From Tubiluchus corallicola (Eukaryota > Animalia > Priapulida), in assembly GCA_030141605.1 (NCBI GenBank), contig JAQGDQ010000044.1, positions 558,001 through 622,000 on the forward strand: a stretch of DNA of 64,000 nucleotides, given 5' to 3'. Shown piece by piece: positions 13,201 to 26,302 of the stretch. The notes below the pieces were generated by a model. It searched no databases and was not told the DNA's origin. It was given only the letters and a program-made list of their open reading frames with translations. Made by a program: the position numbers and the translations under genes. Each line of letters starts with the position of its first letter. Positions within the stretch are counted from its first letter, which is position 1.

Positions 13201-14615
13201 TTATCTTGGTTGTTTTGTCCGTACTTTGTAGAAAATGCTTTTCTTGGTCACTTTGCAATGAACAAAATTAATATTTTGAGTGCTACATGTTGCTGCTAGC
13301 CATTTTTTATTTAATATTAAATGTATATTTAATTAGATACAGTATAAGCTGAGTGCAACTACTGACACTCTCACAACCACATATTGACAGTAGATTGTAC
13401 CAGCTATGAGCAGACCAGTACCAGATGCCCACCCCACAGTTCCCACCTTCACATCCAAAGACATTTGTTGCCCGGCCCTGCCGCCACATCTACGAGCATA
13501 AAATTCACCTCTCTACGTTACCACAAGTACCCTGACTAGCTGTCTACTCACACATCCACCTCAAATTGACAGTATGCTAAATTTCGCAAATACAAGCAAT
13601 ATTTCACACCTTAGCTTACCTTATTACCTGAAATGAAATAATAGATAATACAGGATGTTCAATCATTCCGCTCACGCTGCCATTAAGTAGCTGTATTACT
13701 GCAGGATATGACAACCGGATACACGCCCAATCCTGAACCAATAGCCAGTCAAGTACACAAAAATGGTCATGGTCATAGCCATGGTCAACACACAAATAAA
13801 TGTGGATTCAAAATAGCGAAGTTATCAAACAAGTAATTTAAACAAGAATTTGTTTTCCTGCCGAGCTCACGTTGGTGAAATTACACGCCTTTACTTTGTC
13901 GCATCAGACACAGACGTTGAAACTTCTTTTACTTGAAATCTACACGTATAAATTCAGGTAAGATTATTCAATTAATCTGCGTGACTAATTAATTTTTTTA
14001 GTAACTATCATGTTGTTCATCTAGGGTAATGTGTTAGTTCAGTAATTCTCTTCTAGAAATACTCCTGTTAACAATCTTTATAGAAACTAATCCTGGCCAA
14101 CTAAGCAGAAAATTAGCACCCATGTGAGTGCCTGGCGGTACGTTTGGGGCCGCAAACAATACACAAAAGCATTATAATACAAAACTGGCGTGATAGGTGA
14201 GCTTTGTGGCTATTTACTAGTTTTGAATGTATCTGTTATTGACTCAGTTTGTAAGAGGTTGAATTTTTATTAATGATTTCGTCTTGAATCTTCAAGATAA
14301 TATATTACTTATGCAGCACTGTCACCTGTTATGGAATCAAAGACCTATTCACATACGACAGTCAGAGTCATCATCAATTTTTAAAACACGCCTCAAAACC
14401 TTTTTACTCCAAAATGCTTTGAACTCGTAGTTACTTAATCAAATTAATTTAAATTGAATTCAGATTGCGCTTATGCCTTAAAATTTATATGCACAATATT
14501 GTATGTATCATTCGTCTATATCTCTAGTTTTATTGTAATGTATAATTCTTAAGCCTACTCCCTGTAGCGGATTTCTATTCACGCTTTTTACATATTACTG
14601 ATTGAGGCTAATAAA

Positions 14616-14956
<341 letters not shown>

Positions 14957-15695
14957 ATGAATATGCAAGATGTCGTCGAGCTGTTTAACTCAGCCTACGA
15001 ATCATCTCTTATCATAACTTGGTAATGATGCAGTGTCGATTATACAAATTTACAATTAAGTAAATTTTGATACTAAACTTTAAATACAGAGTTCAAAAAA
15101 GTCGTAATGCCGCTTGGATGTGAAGCAGCAATTTTATGCTTACAATCTGACTCAAATCCAGACTGTATTCTAACCTTTTCTCATTTCCTGTATTCCAAAT
15201 TTAATTTAGTATCAAAATTTAATTAATTGTCGGTTTGTATTTATTGACAATTGACTATATATTCTAAATACTAATTATTAAAATCTTCATTTAAATGACT
15301 AAAATAACTAACGGTAGCGATTTTGTAATATTTGTTTTTTCAATAAGTGTTTGTTTTCTAATGTCACTATATTTCAAAATTAAAATTGTATGTATGTTTT
15401 GATTTTCTTGTATTGTATGGATTTTTGGCATTAATAAATATACAAATGTAAATATAGCATCCTTTTGGGATGAAGATTATAAAAAATAACTCGTGATACT
15501 TCATGTTTTCGTTTGCATTTTTAAACTATTACACAAGTATAGCCTATACAGAGACAGAGAGAGGGTAGGCCAGCGACTTATCATGATTGTCAATCGTCAT
15601 ATAGGGCATACAGTTTTTCTCTTTACTACGCAGCTTAAGAATACATTATAATTTTCAATTTTTTATTTTTCTTTCATTGCAGGTGTTGGTTGAAC

Positions 15696-16115
15696 ATGAA
15701 CTACATTTTCCTTGTACTACTGTCCTTCTTGGGACTTTCGCTGGGCTTTCCAACCAACGTACGGTACAGAAGTTGGTTCCACCGACAACCGCAACAGCAG
15801 CAACAACTACAACAGCAGCAACAGCAACAACATCAGCAACCTGCGTGCTCTTACAGCGCTCCAGTCATCAATATCGTTTTCAACGTGAACGGCAGGAAAG
15901 CAAGTGTTGATCGGGGCGAAGTTGGCATCCCGCCTATAGCTCCACCTAGTTTCGTACCACCACCTACTTTTAAAGCAATTCCTGTGACTGATCCCCCTAT
16001 GATACAATTTTTTACAACCGAAAAGGAGCCCTCGATTCACCCGTTTGTCATTGGCGACACTGGAAACGTCATTGCGAACCCAGGAACTATAGAAGACAGG
16101 GAAGAAGTAGGCTAA
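15696..16115 (+). CDS. small secreted Gln-rich/Pro-rich protein (139 aa), unknown function
   Basis: Strong acceptor (ttttctttcattgcag, AG at 15681-82) then ATG at 15696. Signal peptide MNYIFLVLLSFLGLSLG|FPT, poly-Q tract, Pro-rich tail. GC higher than flanks. Candidate 5'UTR exon donor CAG|GTAAGA at 13957. Confidence 0.75.
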   Translation: MNYIFLVLLSFLGLSLGFPTNVRYRSWFHRQPQQQQQLQQQQQQQHQQPACSYSAPVINIVFNVNGRKASVDRGEVGIPPIAPPSFVPPPTFKAIPVTDPPMIQFFTTEKEPSIHPFVIGDTGNVIANPGTIEDREEVG

Positions 16116-17268
16116 GGACGGACGGAAAGAGAACTCAACATGAATTAAATTATAGTTATTTGACTTCAAATGATAGTGCTGTGCAACATTGCACTACTAT
16201 AAACCACATGGATTTCAAAAAATCATAGTCAATAACCAACGGACGCCAAATGACGTTGTCACTGTTTTTTTTTTGGGGGGGGGATAAGTTCAAATTTTAC
16301 AGCATGTTTATCAGTCGTTCGTTAGAATATGGTGATCTATACTATCACTAACAGATGTAATCACCAGAATTTATATTTTGAGATTATAGCATAGCCTTAT
16401 TTCTGTACAGAAATTGTCACAAAGCGAACATGGTGGATGTATTATTACTTTATTTTAAAAACAAAACAACGGTTATAAATGTGTGATAACAAGTAAGTAA
16501 AGTAGTCTTAAGTATTAGCTGAAACTTATCTTCGAACTTTGGATTAGTATTCAGTATAATTTTTTGTAATACCGTAAGCAATTTAATTACAGGCTTAATA
16601 CTACAATTAAATATACATTTATATGTGTACATAAAAACTTATAATTGCTTGTAACTAGTTAGTGATCAACGTTGTAGTTAGTGATTAGTAGTTACAAGGT
16701 AAGGATATTTATTATTGGTAGTTATAATAGTAGGGTGCTTATTTAAACCTACTGCATGCTTATAAATTTTAAACGCAGCACATTTTGTGAAATGTTTACA
16801 TTGTGAATACAAAAATTATTGAAGCAGATGCAATTAATAACAGTGGTCACTAAATAAGTTACTTTTAATAGGTTGACATGTTAGTCATTTGACAGTTAAT
16901 GTTATATCACAGTACTTCAGTTTTGTAATTACTTACAAAAGATACATTGTCTAAACTTTGCAGAGCTGTAATGTTACGTGACACTTCATCACAGATACTA
17001 GCATCACAAATACTAGCATCACAGATGAGCAATGACCTTCACTCTTCAATTCAAACTGACTTGATCTTTTTATTCACATCATTTGGATGGTGCTGCGCTA
17101 CGGTGTGTGGTCCAAACTCCCAGAATTTATCTTATCTGAAGTTTCTCTTCTACCGAGTGACTCCTCCATCGCAGTTCAGCTTTATAAACAACAGTTGTCA
17201 TGACAACAAATTTTCTGTTGAAATTATTAATCTTACATGATAACTAAGGTTTGGCAATGACAAATGCT

Positions 17269-17312
<44 letters not shown>

Positions 17313-17967
17313 GTTAGATGCTTCTGTTATGCAGCATAGCGCCACTCATAATCTTATTTAATTGACGCCTATTTGTTTCCTGACCTGCTGCCACATGATA
17401 AGTGTCTAAGTAACTAAGGCTTGGCAGTAAAAAATTATCACAAAACGCCATACAATCTCTTTAACAGCAAACAGTTGCCCTTGACAACCAGTTCATGGTA
17501 AATTGCCCTTTAAGTTGTCACTCATATATGGTAACCAAAGCTTGATACTATTAAATGCAAAAAATGATTCAAACTTATTGACACTGCAGTTGCTAAAATT
17601 TACTGATAAACAGTTGTTATGGCAACCTGCTTATGGTAAATTACGTTTTAAATTACTTGCCGTATGATTAGATTAGGTCTGAATTATGTTACAGGTAAAA
17701 TACCTTCAAATTTGATTAAGAAGATGAGTCACAGTTACCCAATTTTGAATACTCTGGGCTATTGTGTTTTATTTAAAAAAACAAATATTGCAAACGTGTA
17801 AAGTCCACATTACTGCAAACATCTAAGGAAGTTGAGTCCACTTTTATCATGGATAAGATTTTGCCTTTCTCTGTGCACCCACGAGATGGTGCCTGATGGC
17901 ATATCAGGATCTTGTACACTTCAAACTAGGGGTGCTACAGGGTTCTGTCTAATTGTCGAAGTGTAAT

Positions 17968-18472
17968 TTATTTTAATAGACTTGAAGTGTAAGTTACTTT
18001 AATACACTTGAAGTGTAAGTTACTTTAATAGACTTGAAGTGTAAGTTACTTTAATAGACTTGACGTATTAGTTACTTTAATAGACTTGAAGTGTTAGTTA
18101 CTTTAATAGACTTGAAGTGTAAGTTACTTTAATAGACTTGAAGTGTAAGTTACTTTAATAGACTTGAAGTGAAAGTTACTTTAATAGACTTGAAGTGTAA
18201 GTTACTTTAATAGACTTGACGTATTAGTTACTTTAATAGACTTGAAGTGTTAGTTACTTTAATAGACTTGAAGTGTAAGTTACTTTAATAGACTTGAAGT
18301 GTAAGTTACTTTAATAGACTTGAAGTGAAAGTTACTTTAATAGACTTGAAGTGTAAGTTACTTTAATAGACTTTACGTATTAGTTACTTTAATAGACTTG
18401 AAGTGTTAGTTACTTTAATAGACTTGAAGTGTAAGTTACTTTAATAGACTTGAAGTGTAAGTTACTTTAATA
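17968..18472. repeat. 26-bp minisatellite (GACTTGAAGTGTAAGTTACTTTAATA), ~19 copies
   Basis: Tandem array seen directly; variant units recur every 156 bp. Confidence 0.95.
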
Positions 18473-19859
18473 AAGTGAATGAATAATAGATCTGTTAAAC
18501 TGTTATGATTATATTTAAGTTTCAGGCAAATTCAATTAAATATTTTTAATCATTTAATATAGTATCAAGTTCATTTATCGCATACTGAACATAAACAATC
18601 ATGAAGTCTGTGCGAAAATGTACATGGCAGATTAATTATTAATCACTAATAACAAATCAGACAGAGGAGACCTTGGTAAGGGCGATACCGCCGCATTTTG
18701 CTAAGGCCATGTTTTTGAAAAAAACAAAAGATAAAAGGGTTGGGGATAAAAAGGGGAGGAAAAGAGGGATGGTAATAGAAAGGCAAGAGATATACGATGC
18801 CATAATAATGATATGTTTGACAATGATGATGATGATAACAATAACAATAATGGTAATGCAGTCAGGCCACAATCAGGTAATGCTATCCAGCGATCAACAT
18901 CAGCAATGCGCGCACTTTCTGCATAGTGTAATTCTGTCGCAAAATTAATAATTCTGTTACGCAGGCTTTGCTTTCTGGTGCTTTTCAAGTGGTAGTGGGA
19001 CACCGTTGTGTGTCGTCAGGTGATGCAAGGCTGATACATCAGTCAGGCGTGCTTTTGCACAAGAGAGACCGAGAGCACAGCAACAACAACGTGGTATGTA
19101 CGATTAAATTTGACTTCATGATTACATTGGAATGGTTGGGAATGATTTGCTATGGAAATTTGGGAAGGAATGGCGCTGAAATTCCTACTTGGTAAACTTA
19201 AAACAAATTGCTTCAATAAGGAATAATAACACGACAAGATAAACATAGAGTAAAATAAATGCTGCTGTTTTCGGTCTGTGTCGTGTGGAGTTGTGCCGTG
19301 ATGTGATCATTGACCAAGTATGACAATATGCCAAACTAGAAACTCTCCAGTTACAAAGCAACAGGCGCGCACTCTTTTCTTGAGCCTTGTGCAGGAGTCT
19401 TTTTGTTAGTCAGTTACTGGTGCAAATTGATCTCCCCACATCAGTAGATGTCAGTCATGCCAAATAAGGGCATACCATCTCAGTTATTATTGAATATTAA
19501 CAGGATTATGTCATTCTCACCCTGTCTGCGCCGTGGGATCTTGCAAACCGGCTTCTTCGGATCATTCCAGAATGAGCTTCCAAATCTGAATGTCCAATTA
19601 ACAATATGTCATATTGATCCATCAGTTACGCAGTTTCCGTTACTCATAGCAAAGAAATTTATTTTGGGCGTTTCCTTGTACATCCATTCTGTTTTTGTCT
19701 GTGGGTTTGTAACGCTCCTATGGATAGCTACTGGGATAGCCAAAACGTGTAAAATGAATTTTTTGGCTACGTTGATTGCGTTGTTGATGATATCATTTCT
19801 TATCAATTACTTCAATTCCCGCCCTAACAAGAGAAATGAGTTTGTATTATCAAGCTTTA

Positions 19860-21000
19860 ATTCAATGGACGAACCAACTATTTTGTACGCTGATTTAACA
19901 AGACTAGCTACACCTCAACAGGGCGCTGTTGATCCCGCATGGGTACAAACAACTAGTGGCGCAGCAATTGTGCCGCCCGAGGGCCAAAACTTCTGGCGCC
20001 CGAGGGCAAAAACTTCTGGAGCCTTACCCTTTTAATGTTTTAATCATTTTGCTCGTGCTAGAGCCCCACTTTCCTTTTTCGTTGTGGTAAAAATAAATGA
20101 TTTTTTTCCTAAGAATCACTCCGAGTTTGATTTGCGATACTGCCCCAGAATAGCTCTTTTCTATGCATTGATCTAGGAAAGTTTCTCGTAACACGACAGT
20201 CGCTAAACATTCTACTCCAACATTAAAATATGCAAAAATTATGAAAGATGCACGACATTACGGGTTTTCGCAATAATATCATCAGCAGTTAGAGAATAAA
20301 CACTGTTTCTCGCAAAATTATTGACCAGCCAATTGTTGAGCTAAGCCAAGTGCCACATTTACACCCGTTAAATAACAACATCAGCTTTTTTATAGGTTGT
20401 AGGTAGTAATTAAGTTAGCTATGATGATCTCTAACTAGGAAATTTTGCTGTAGTTTGAAAACTTTTGTTAATTGCTAATATCATATTAATTAATAATTAA
20501 CAGTCATAGAACTCTAGGCGAAATTCTGCGCCCTTTACACTTGCGCCGGGGACGATTGCCCTCTGTTGCCCCCTCAATTTGCTGCGTCTCTGCAAACATT
20601 ACAAATTCCTGTTTTTACTATTTTCCTCCCAGTATCTCGCCTCTTAATAATGGCTGAGCTTGCCGTTCCATTCTATATTCCAGAAAATATTCAAAATGCC
20701 AGAGATCGCAAAACAAACAAATATGCCGCTTTACTATCAGACCTTGAAAAACGATGATGATGAGTTGTTTGTTTCATTTAAGATCGGCAGTTGCGGTTTT
20801 ATTTTTGATGACAATTACAGTTGTGCTTAAAATACTTTTCAAGAAGTGCCATTATCAAAGAAAATTATCTGAAATGCAAAGAGACTTAATGAAACTTGTC
20901 ATCATTTCAGCGTCATCATACGCAATTTTCTATTTAAAATTCTCACCAAATTGGCAAGCCTCATTTTTAATGCCTGTGCCAAACAGACAAGTTATGTTTA
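19860..21000 (+). mobile_element. degenerate RLE-endonuclease non-LTR retrotransposon fragment, split by a MITE
   Basis: PTILYADL...PAWVQT [insertion] LQIPVFTIF...LIMAELAVPFYIPENIQNARDRKTNKYAALLSDLE and then FKIGSCG resemble the RLE motif RPD..IIELTVPFE.NI..A..RK..KY..L...EVGSRG. Confidence 0.6.
19954..20592. mobile_element. hAT-like non-autonomous element
   Basis: Imperfect TIRs TAGTGGCGCAGCAA / TTGCTGCGTCTCTG; flanking 8-mers CAAACAAC / CAAACATT; interrupts the RLE reading frame. Confidence 0.55.
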
Positions 21001-23329
21001 GTAAATGACTATTAACTAGCAAAAAATTAACCGTGCTAAGACAAATGTTATGTAGAAGCTAAAAAAAATTGCAATAAAAGCTCTTGCAATATTTTATCAA
21101 CAGCTAACAGTGGAGTATCACATCAGTGCACGAAACGTCAGTGACGTGTACCAAACGACATAGACATTTTTCTCCTCAACTACACCAGAGTACAAGCTAG
21201 GCTATAATTAAAACAATATTAAACTTTTGATCGTTAACAATTGCGAAAAATATGTACGTACTAAGTAAAGTATCAAGGGGACGTAGGACAAAGAACAGTG
21301 ACATGAACAGTAACAAGCTCCACGACATGTTGAAATACGATAATAAATGTGTTAAACGTCATATTGAGTAACATTTTAGTACTAATTTCTCTATTTATCT
21401 GTGCACAGTTTCGTACTATATAAGTACTCTCTACAAATTAGTTATGAACATGTTAGAAATTGTTATAACATGGGAAAAAACCTGTTCCAACCATTTCACG
21501 CGCCAGTTAGGTTTCTCCCAAGGATCTATTTCCGGTCTACACTTTCGTACTACCAAAAATGTAATATGGATTTAAATAATTCGTAGTTAATGAGGCGATG
21601 ACAGTAGTGATTCACTTGGCTTTAAAGTTATTCATTACAATTAAGCTACAGAAGTTTACGTTTCTACTATACATGGTTAACTTTTTAATTAGCTTTAAGT
21701 AGAATAATGTACAATAATTGCCCAATCGGAAAGATATTTCCCACAAGGTGGTAAGCGAGCTCATAAAAATCCACATTCAGGCAAAATGTTTTCTTTCCTG
21801 GTCTTATAAACCTCAACAAGATCTTCTCGGTCCAAATTAACCAAATGTGGCCAAAATTGCTATATGTGCGATATATATATATATATATATATATCAATGT
21901 GATATTTGTATCCTGAAATAGTCAATTTATGCAATTTTTTTATTATAATCATGGCTAAAAGATGCCATTTGGACTTATGAGTCATGGGCAAGGCAAAAGC
22001 TTGCAGACGATCACGTGATCAGCGAAATGCAGAAAAATACGTCACCGGTATGATGTGTTCATATATTCAAAGGCAGTAGAGACTTTCGTAAATATATTTT
22101 GTTGTCCATTTGTTTAAAACTAGACTTAACTGTCTTAGTTCCTTTATAATAACGAGGCACTCATGTTTACGCATTTTGTAGTTTTTTGAAGTTTTAATTT
22201 CTTTTAAAAATAACTTCTGCCTTGCAAATCTTGTAAATGAAGAAGCACAATCAGTTTACCTGGTAAGTAGGCATTAGTTGTCTTGTTTACTAAAGAGAGT
22301 TGTTATTCCTGAATGTCGCTGAGCGTGCTACGTCACAACGGAGGCGGAGGGATAGACCAATATGCTTGACGCCAGAATTGGTCATCAGCTCAGCTACCTA
22401 AATGGCCAAACAAGATCACTAACAAGCATTTGTAATAGATAACCAGTAAAAATCCTAATCAAAACCCTCAATAAAGAAGGCTTGGGTATATGTGTGAATA
22501 GGACATGCAATTAGACGGTTACAGAAAGTTTTCCGTTGGAATACAAATTTTTTTGAATATTGAAACTTGCCAAAAGCACTCTGATGGACAGTTAACGTAC
22601 ACAGAAGATCTTAGTAATACTAGACTAAATACATAGACATAAGCACCTGATGACGATAATGATGTCCAGAGATGAACTGCACTACTGGACTGCATTGATA
22701 GCCTGGGAATGCGGTGGCCTAGTGTATGAGGTGTATGTCTTGTAAGCAAAAGGTCTCTGATTAGATTGCAAATGGTTTAATCAGCAACTCATAAACGTAA
22801 CCATTGTGCATTTCTTCCTGTAAACGAAAGTAGACTATGTATTTCCACTAATTCATTTGTAATTTCAATTGACAATAATAATATATAGAACCAGGCCAAT
22901 ATTTCTCCCGCTAACTAATGAAAAGTTGAGCATTTTTCATAACAACATTAGACGGAGCTGTGGCTAAATGTCCCGAACGTACCTGCGTTAATTAAGCTCT
23001 GCAGGGGTAAGAAATAACTTGCACGTTGATTGGGCAGTCAACGAAAATGATTGACATTACGTTAGACGTCAGTTATCACGTATGGGGGCCTACTTTTAAC
23101 AGGCTCGTAATTAATCATCCTCGAAGTTCATTAAGACAACTTGGATCAATGTAAATTATTGTGTAAGGTGCTTTATAAGTCACTCATGAATTACTTTTTA
23201 AAAATGCTGAAATTTTGGTATGGGTTATATTTACAGTAAGCTGTATAATTATTTTGGCTTTTGGAAATAGCAATCGAAGAGGCCTGCTGCTTCTCGATTT
23301 GTGGTAGGTATTATTAATGACTCTACAGA

Positions 23330-23620
23330 ACTAGGCAACTCATTGTCATCTTTATGGAAGTGTTTAACTCGGTAGATTAACTAATTCTGCTTTGTAAGTT
23401 CAACTATTAGTGTTTTAATAAAATTCTATATCTTTCATTTCTAATTACTGTACCACTATTGAACAGTTTGCTAAATTTACAGCTTAATAATTTGGTCCTT
23501 GTGATATTGTAGCTGGTGTTCTTCAAGGTTCTATCATCGGCCTTGCCCTATTTTTAGTGTGTATCAACGATATGAGTTTTGTTCGTAATTTGTTTAAGGT
23601 TATTATGTATGCTAACAAAA
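23330..23620 (+). mobile_element. CR1/L2-type LINE reverse transcriptase relic
   Basis: GVLQGSIIGLALFLVCINDM...VIMYAN at ~23515-23616, versus consensus GVPQGSILGPLLFLIYINDL...LYADD. Confidence 0.75.
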
Positions 23621-24485
23621 TGCCATCAATGCTGCTATCACTTCCCCCTGTGTCTACCCCTGCCGACACACCACTATTCTCACCTTCCTCCCGCTCATGA
23701 TCACTTTCATAACGATTGCTTGGAACTACTGATCTTAAACGCCTGATGCCAACTTTGATGTTTTTATGTTATTTGACTCACTTCGTGTCGTTAACGCTTA
23801 TTTTGGTCATTGTCTTTATGTCTGCGGATGTTTCTTTTTTTACTAGTTGGTAAGATCACCTACGAGGCTACGACTGCAGGGCCAGCTCATCCTTCCAATC
23901 TTTTTAGCCAAAATTTTAGCCACAGCCCTTTTGTTATTCATTTTTGTATTATGAGTCACGTTATAATGAAAAAGGTTAAAGTACGGAGGAGGTATTCATT
24001 TGCCAAAATTTTAGCCACTTGATATTTTCTTTAGCCGTCCTGACTAAACTTATGGCTTTTCGTTATAACGCAAGTGGGCTCTGGACAGTCTTATCTTAGA
24101 ATGGTTGATCATGATGGTTCATGCACAACTTAACTTCTGAATCCCAAACTCAAGTGCGATTACTGAATCTAAGAGTGGTAGTGTGTTGTTTTCCAGGTAA
24201 AGTCTATAGCAACAGTAGGATAGATGTTACACCTCTGGCCGATTTCCCGGGGGGGTGGGGATTTCCCCGGGGGGGTGGGGAAAAACACCCCTAAAAAAGT
24301 GCGAAAATCCACGAAAACCCCTAAAAAAGTGTGAAAACCCGTGTGAAAGTGCGCACGTGACCGAAATCGACGAAAAAGCGCGAAAAACAAAGAAAAACGA
24401 AGAAAAGGCGTGTGAAACGAGGTAAAAATTTTGCAGTTTTTCCCTCCCGCATGGCTTCATTTGGATCGAATGACCTTGAACTCTA

Positions 24486-24497
24486 GGTCACGTGACC
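24486..24497. promoter_or_regulatory. perfect E-box palindrome GGTCACGTGACC (USF/MiT-TFE type) in the element's subterminal region
   Basis: Seen directly; mirror copy at 28749-28760, second GCACGTGACC at ~24353-24362, adjacent TGACCT/AGGTCA half-sites. Function untested. Confidence 0.4.
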
Positions 24498-24560
24498 AAA
24501 GTTCATTGACCCCTGGCCCCTGGATGGCTTCTTTTTTTGACGCCCCATTTTAAACCGCGC

Positions 24561-24650
24561 GAAAGCGCGCGAAAGTGTATGAAAGCGCGTGAAAGCGTGT
24601 GAAAGCGCATGAAAGCGTGTGAAAGTGTGTGAAAGTGTGTGAAACGAGGT
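24561..24650. repeat. 10-bp subterminal tandem repeat GAAAG(C/T)G(C/T)GT, ~9 copies (mirror at ~28603-28690)
   Basis: Seen directly in both arms. Confidence 0.9.
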
Positions 24651-24945
24651 AAAAAGCGCCTCAAACGAAGAAAAAAGGGAGAAGTGGAGTTCCCGCCGAG
24701 GACTAATTAGTGCTAATTGGCGCTAATTGGGGAGCCCCTGCCACCCCTCCGCCGCATGCAAACGTCCGTCCCGGGGGTCGGGGACACCCCCCTGCAACCC
24801 ACCCCTCCGTCGCGTGGAATCGTCCACTGCAGGCAATGAGGGAAATCTTTTTCCCGCCACTCGCGCAGTGCCGGCCCTTTTCCGCGACCACTTCTCTCTC
24901 TCGGGTGCCCTCCCTTTTCCGCGACCACTTCTCTCGCGGGTTTAG

Positions 24946-24983
<38 letters not shown>

Positions 24984-25259
24984 GGAGATTTATTTCAAAT
25001 GCCAAAGTTTGATAAATGCATTTTCACAAATCTTTTTTATTGATGGATTACAGGTGTGGAGATTTATTTCAAACGCCAAAGTTCGATAAATGCATTTTCA
25101 CAAATCTTTTTTTATTGATGGATTACAAAAAATTTTTTTACATTTTTTATGCAAAATACATACGTGCTAAAACTAGATTATTATTATTATGGTGACATGA
25201 TAGTTCTACATTTTACGTTTTTTTCGCAAATTACACAAATTATGCAAATTACAATAAAA

Positions 25260-25856
25260 CTACACTAATGACGACGAGCGAGTACATGGATTGTCGTCGT
25301 CGTCGTCGATGTGATACAGACAAACGTTATTGATGTTAAAAACGAATTCGTTAAATTTGCGGAAAACGCGAGAGAAATCCTCGACCTTTGTCCCGCCCAT
25401 CATTATTATGCTTCCGGTGTGAAAAATGTTCAGAGTAATTTGCTCGCATTTGCAAGTTAGTTTGGGAAATAGTTCCACTTCGTAAAACACTTCTCTAAAA
25501 GAATGCGTCGAAGGACGAACGAGTTCTTCGTACAGTGCACCCAGTTTCAATCTGCAGTGAATTTTGGCTCTGGCGGTGATGGTGCGAATTGCGATCCCGT
25601 CGGCGGGCGTCAGTCCGAGACCTTTCGAGAGTTCTTCGATCGCATTGCGTAGTACTTTTTCCTCCGAAAAACCGTTGGCCACCACGGAGCCGGAGGCAAA
25701 AATCATCAGCGTCCCGCCCAGTCGCTTTAGCAGAACCATTTGCGGTTTCCTTTCGTAGCGTCTTCCGCCCGTTCTCCGCCAGAGTTCGTTCAGATCGAAG
25801 CGCTGCGAGAACGAAGCAGTGGCGACGATGTTGACCGTTTGGACTGACACGTTAGA
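25260..25856 (-). CDS. TBP-fold (TATA-binding protein-like) protein, left-arm copy; 5' end unresolved
   Basis: Two TBP repeats: VQTVNIVATASFSQRFDLNEL...TLMIFASGSVVANG and IRTITARAKI..RLKLGAL...FYEVELFPKLTCK..ITLNIFHTGSIIMMGG. The frame is open up to 26294 but has no in-frame ATG before the domain. Confidence 0.8.
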   Translation of the reverse strand, partial: SNVSVQTVNIVATASFSQRFDLNELWRRTGGRRYERKPQMVLLKRLGGTLMIFASGSVVANGFSEEKVLRNAIEELSKGLGLTPADGIAIRTITARAKIHCRLKLGALYEELVRPSTHSFREVFYEVELFPKLTCKCEQITLNIFHTGSIIMMGGTKVEDFSRVFRKFNEFVFNINNVCLYHIDDDDDNPCTRSSSLV

Positions 25857-26302
25857 ACGTAGTTGGCAATCGTTTCGGACGCCCGAATCGCTCTGCCTCG
25901 CCCGTTGCTCTGCCAACGTATGGCGGGCGGCGGGTGCTCGCTTTCCAGATCTTCTACGCGTATGACCACGCGATTTTTGGGGAGATGTTTTTTGACGAAA
26001 TCGTACATCTCTGCTCCCTTGACGTAGGTGATCCTGCCTCTGGTGGTCTGTCGTAGAATGTTTTCCAATTCTGCGTACTCGATCATTCCCTCCTCCCACG
26101 AGATGCCGTGTATGTGTCTGATTAGGTAGTTGTAGGTGGATCGCTTGTGCTGGGGAACGCGATTCCAGGGGTGGGGCGGTTTGAAGGTGTAGTTGTGATA
26201 TATGCCGGTCTCTATTTCGCGAATTACCAAATTTTTGACCAGGTATTCTTCTTTTCCGCACTGGAAGGCATCTACGGTGAGAACTATGCTCGATTCAGAC
26301 AT
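25790..26302 (-). CDS. DnaQ/DEDD-like nuclease-fold protein (170 aa), left-arm copy
   Basis: ATG-initiated. Motifs VLTVDAF..YLVKNL..YTFKPPHPW..YL..HIHGISWEEG.I.Y..L..IL..TYVKG match a family I recall from invertebrate Maverick/Polinton-like insertions (xDxQGF..KEL..FKPP..HGL.W..G..YVKG). Not searched. Confidence 0.65.
   Translation of the reverse strand: MSESSIVLTVDAFQCGKEEYLVKNLVIREIETGIYHNYTFKPPHPWNRVPQHKRSTYNYLIRHIHGISWEEGMIEYAELENILRQTTRGRITYVKGAEMYDFVKKHLPKNRVVIRVEDLESEHPPPAIRWQSNGRGRAIRASETIANYVLTCQSKRSTSSPLLRSRSASI

Noticed and set aside
24169-25012. Short ORFs in the subterminal regions of the element (and mirrors at 28141-29098)
   Set aside because: Low-complexity GC-rich repeats and microsatellite; indels between arms break the frames.
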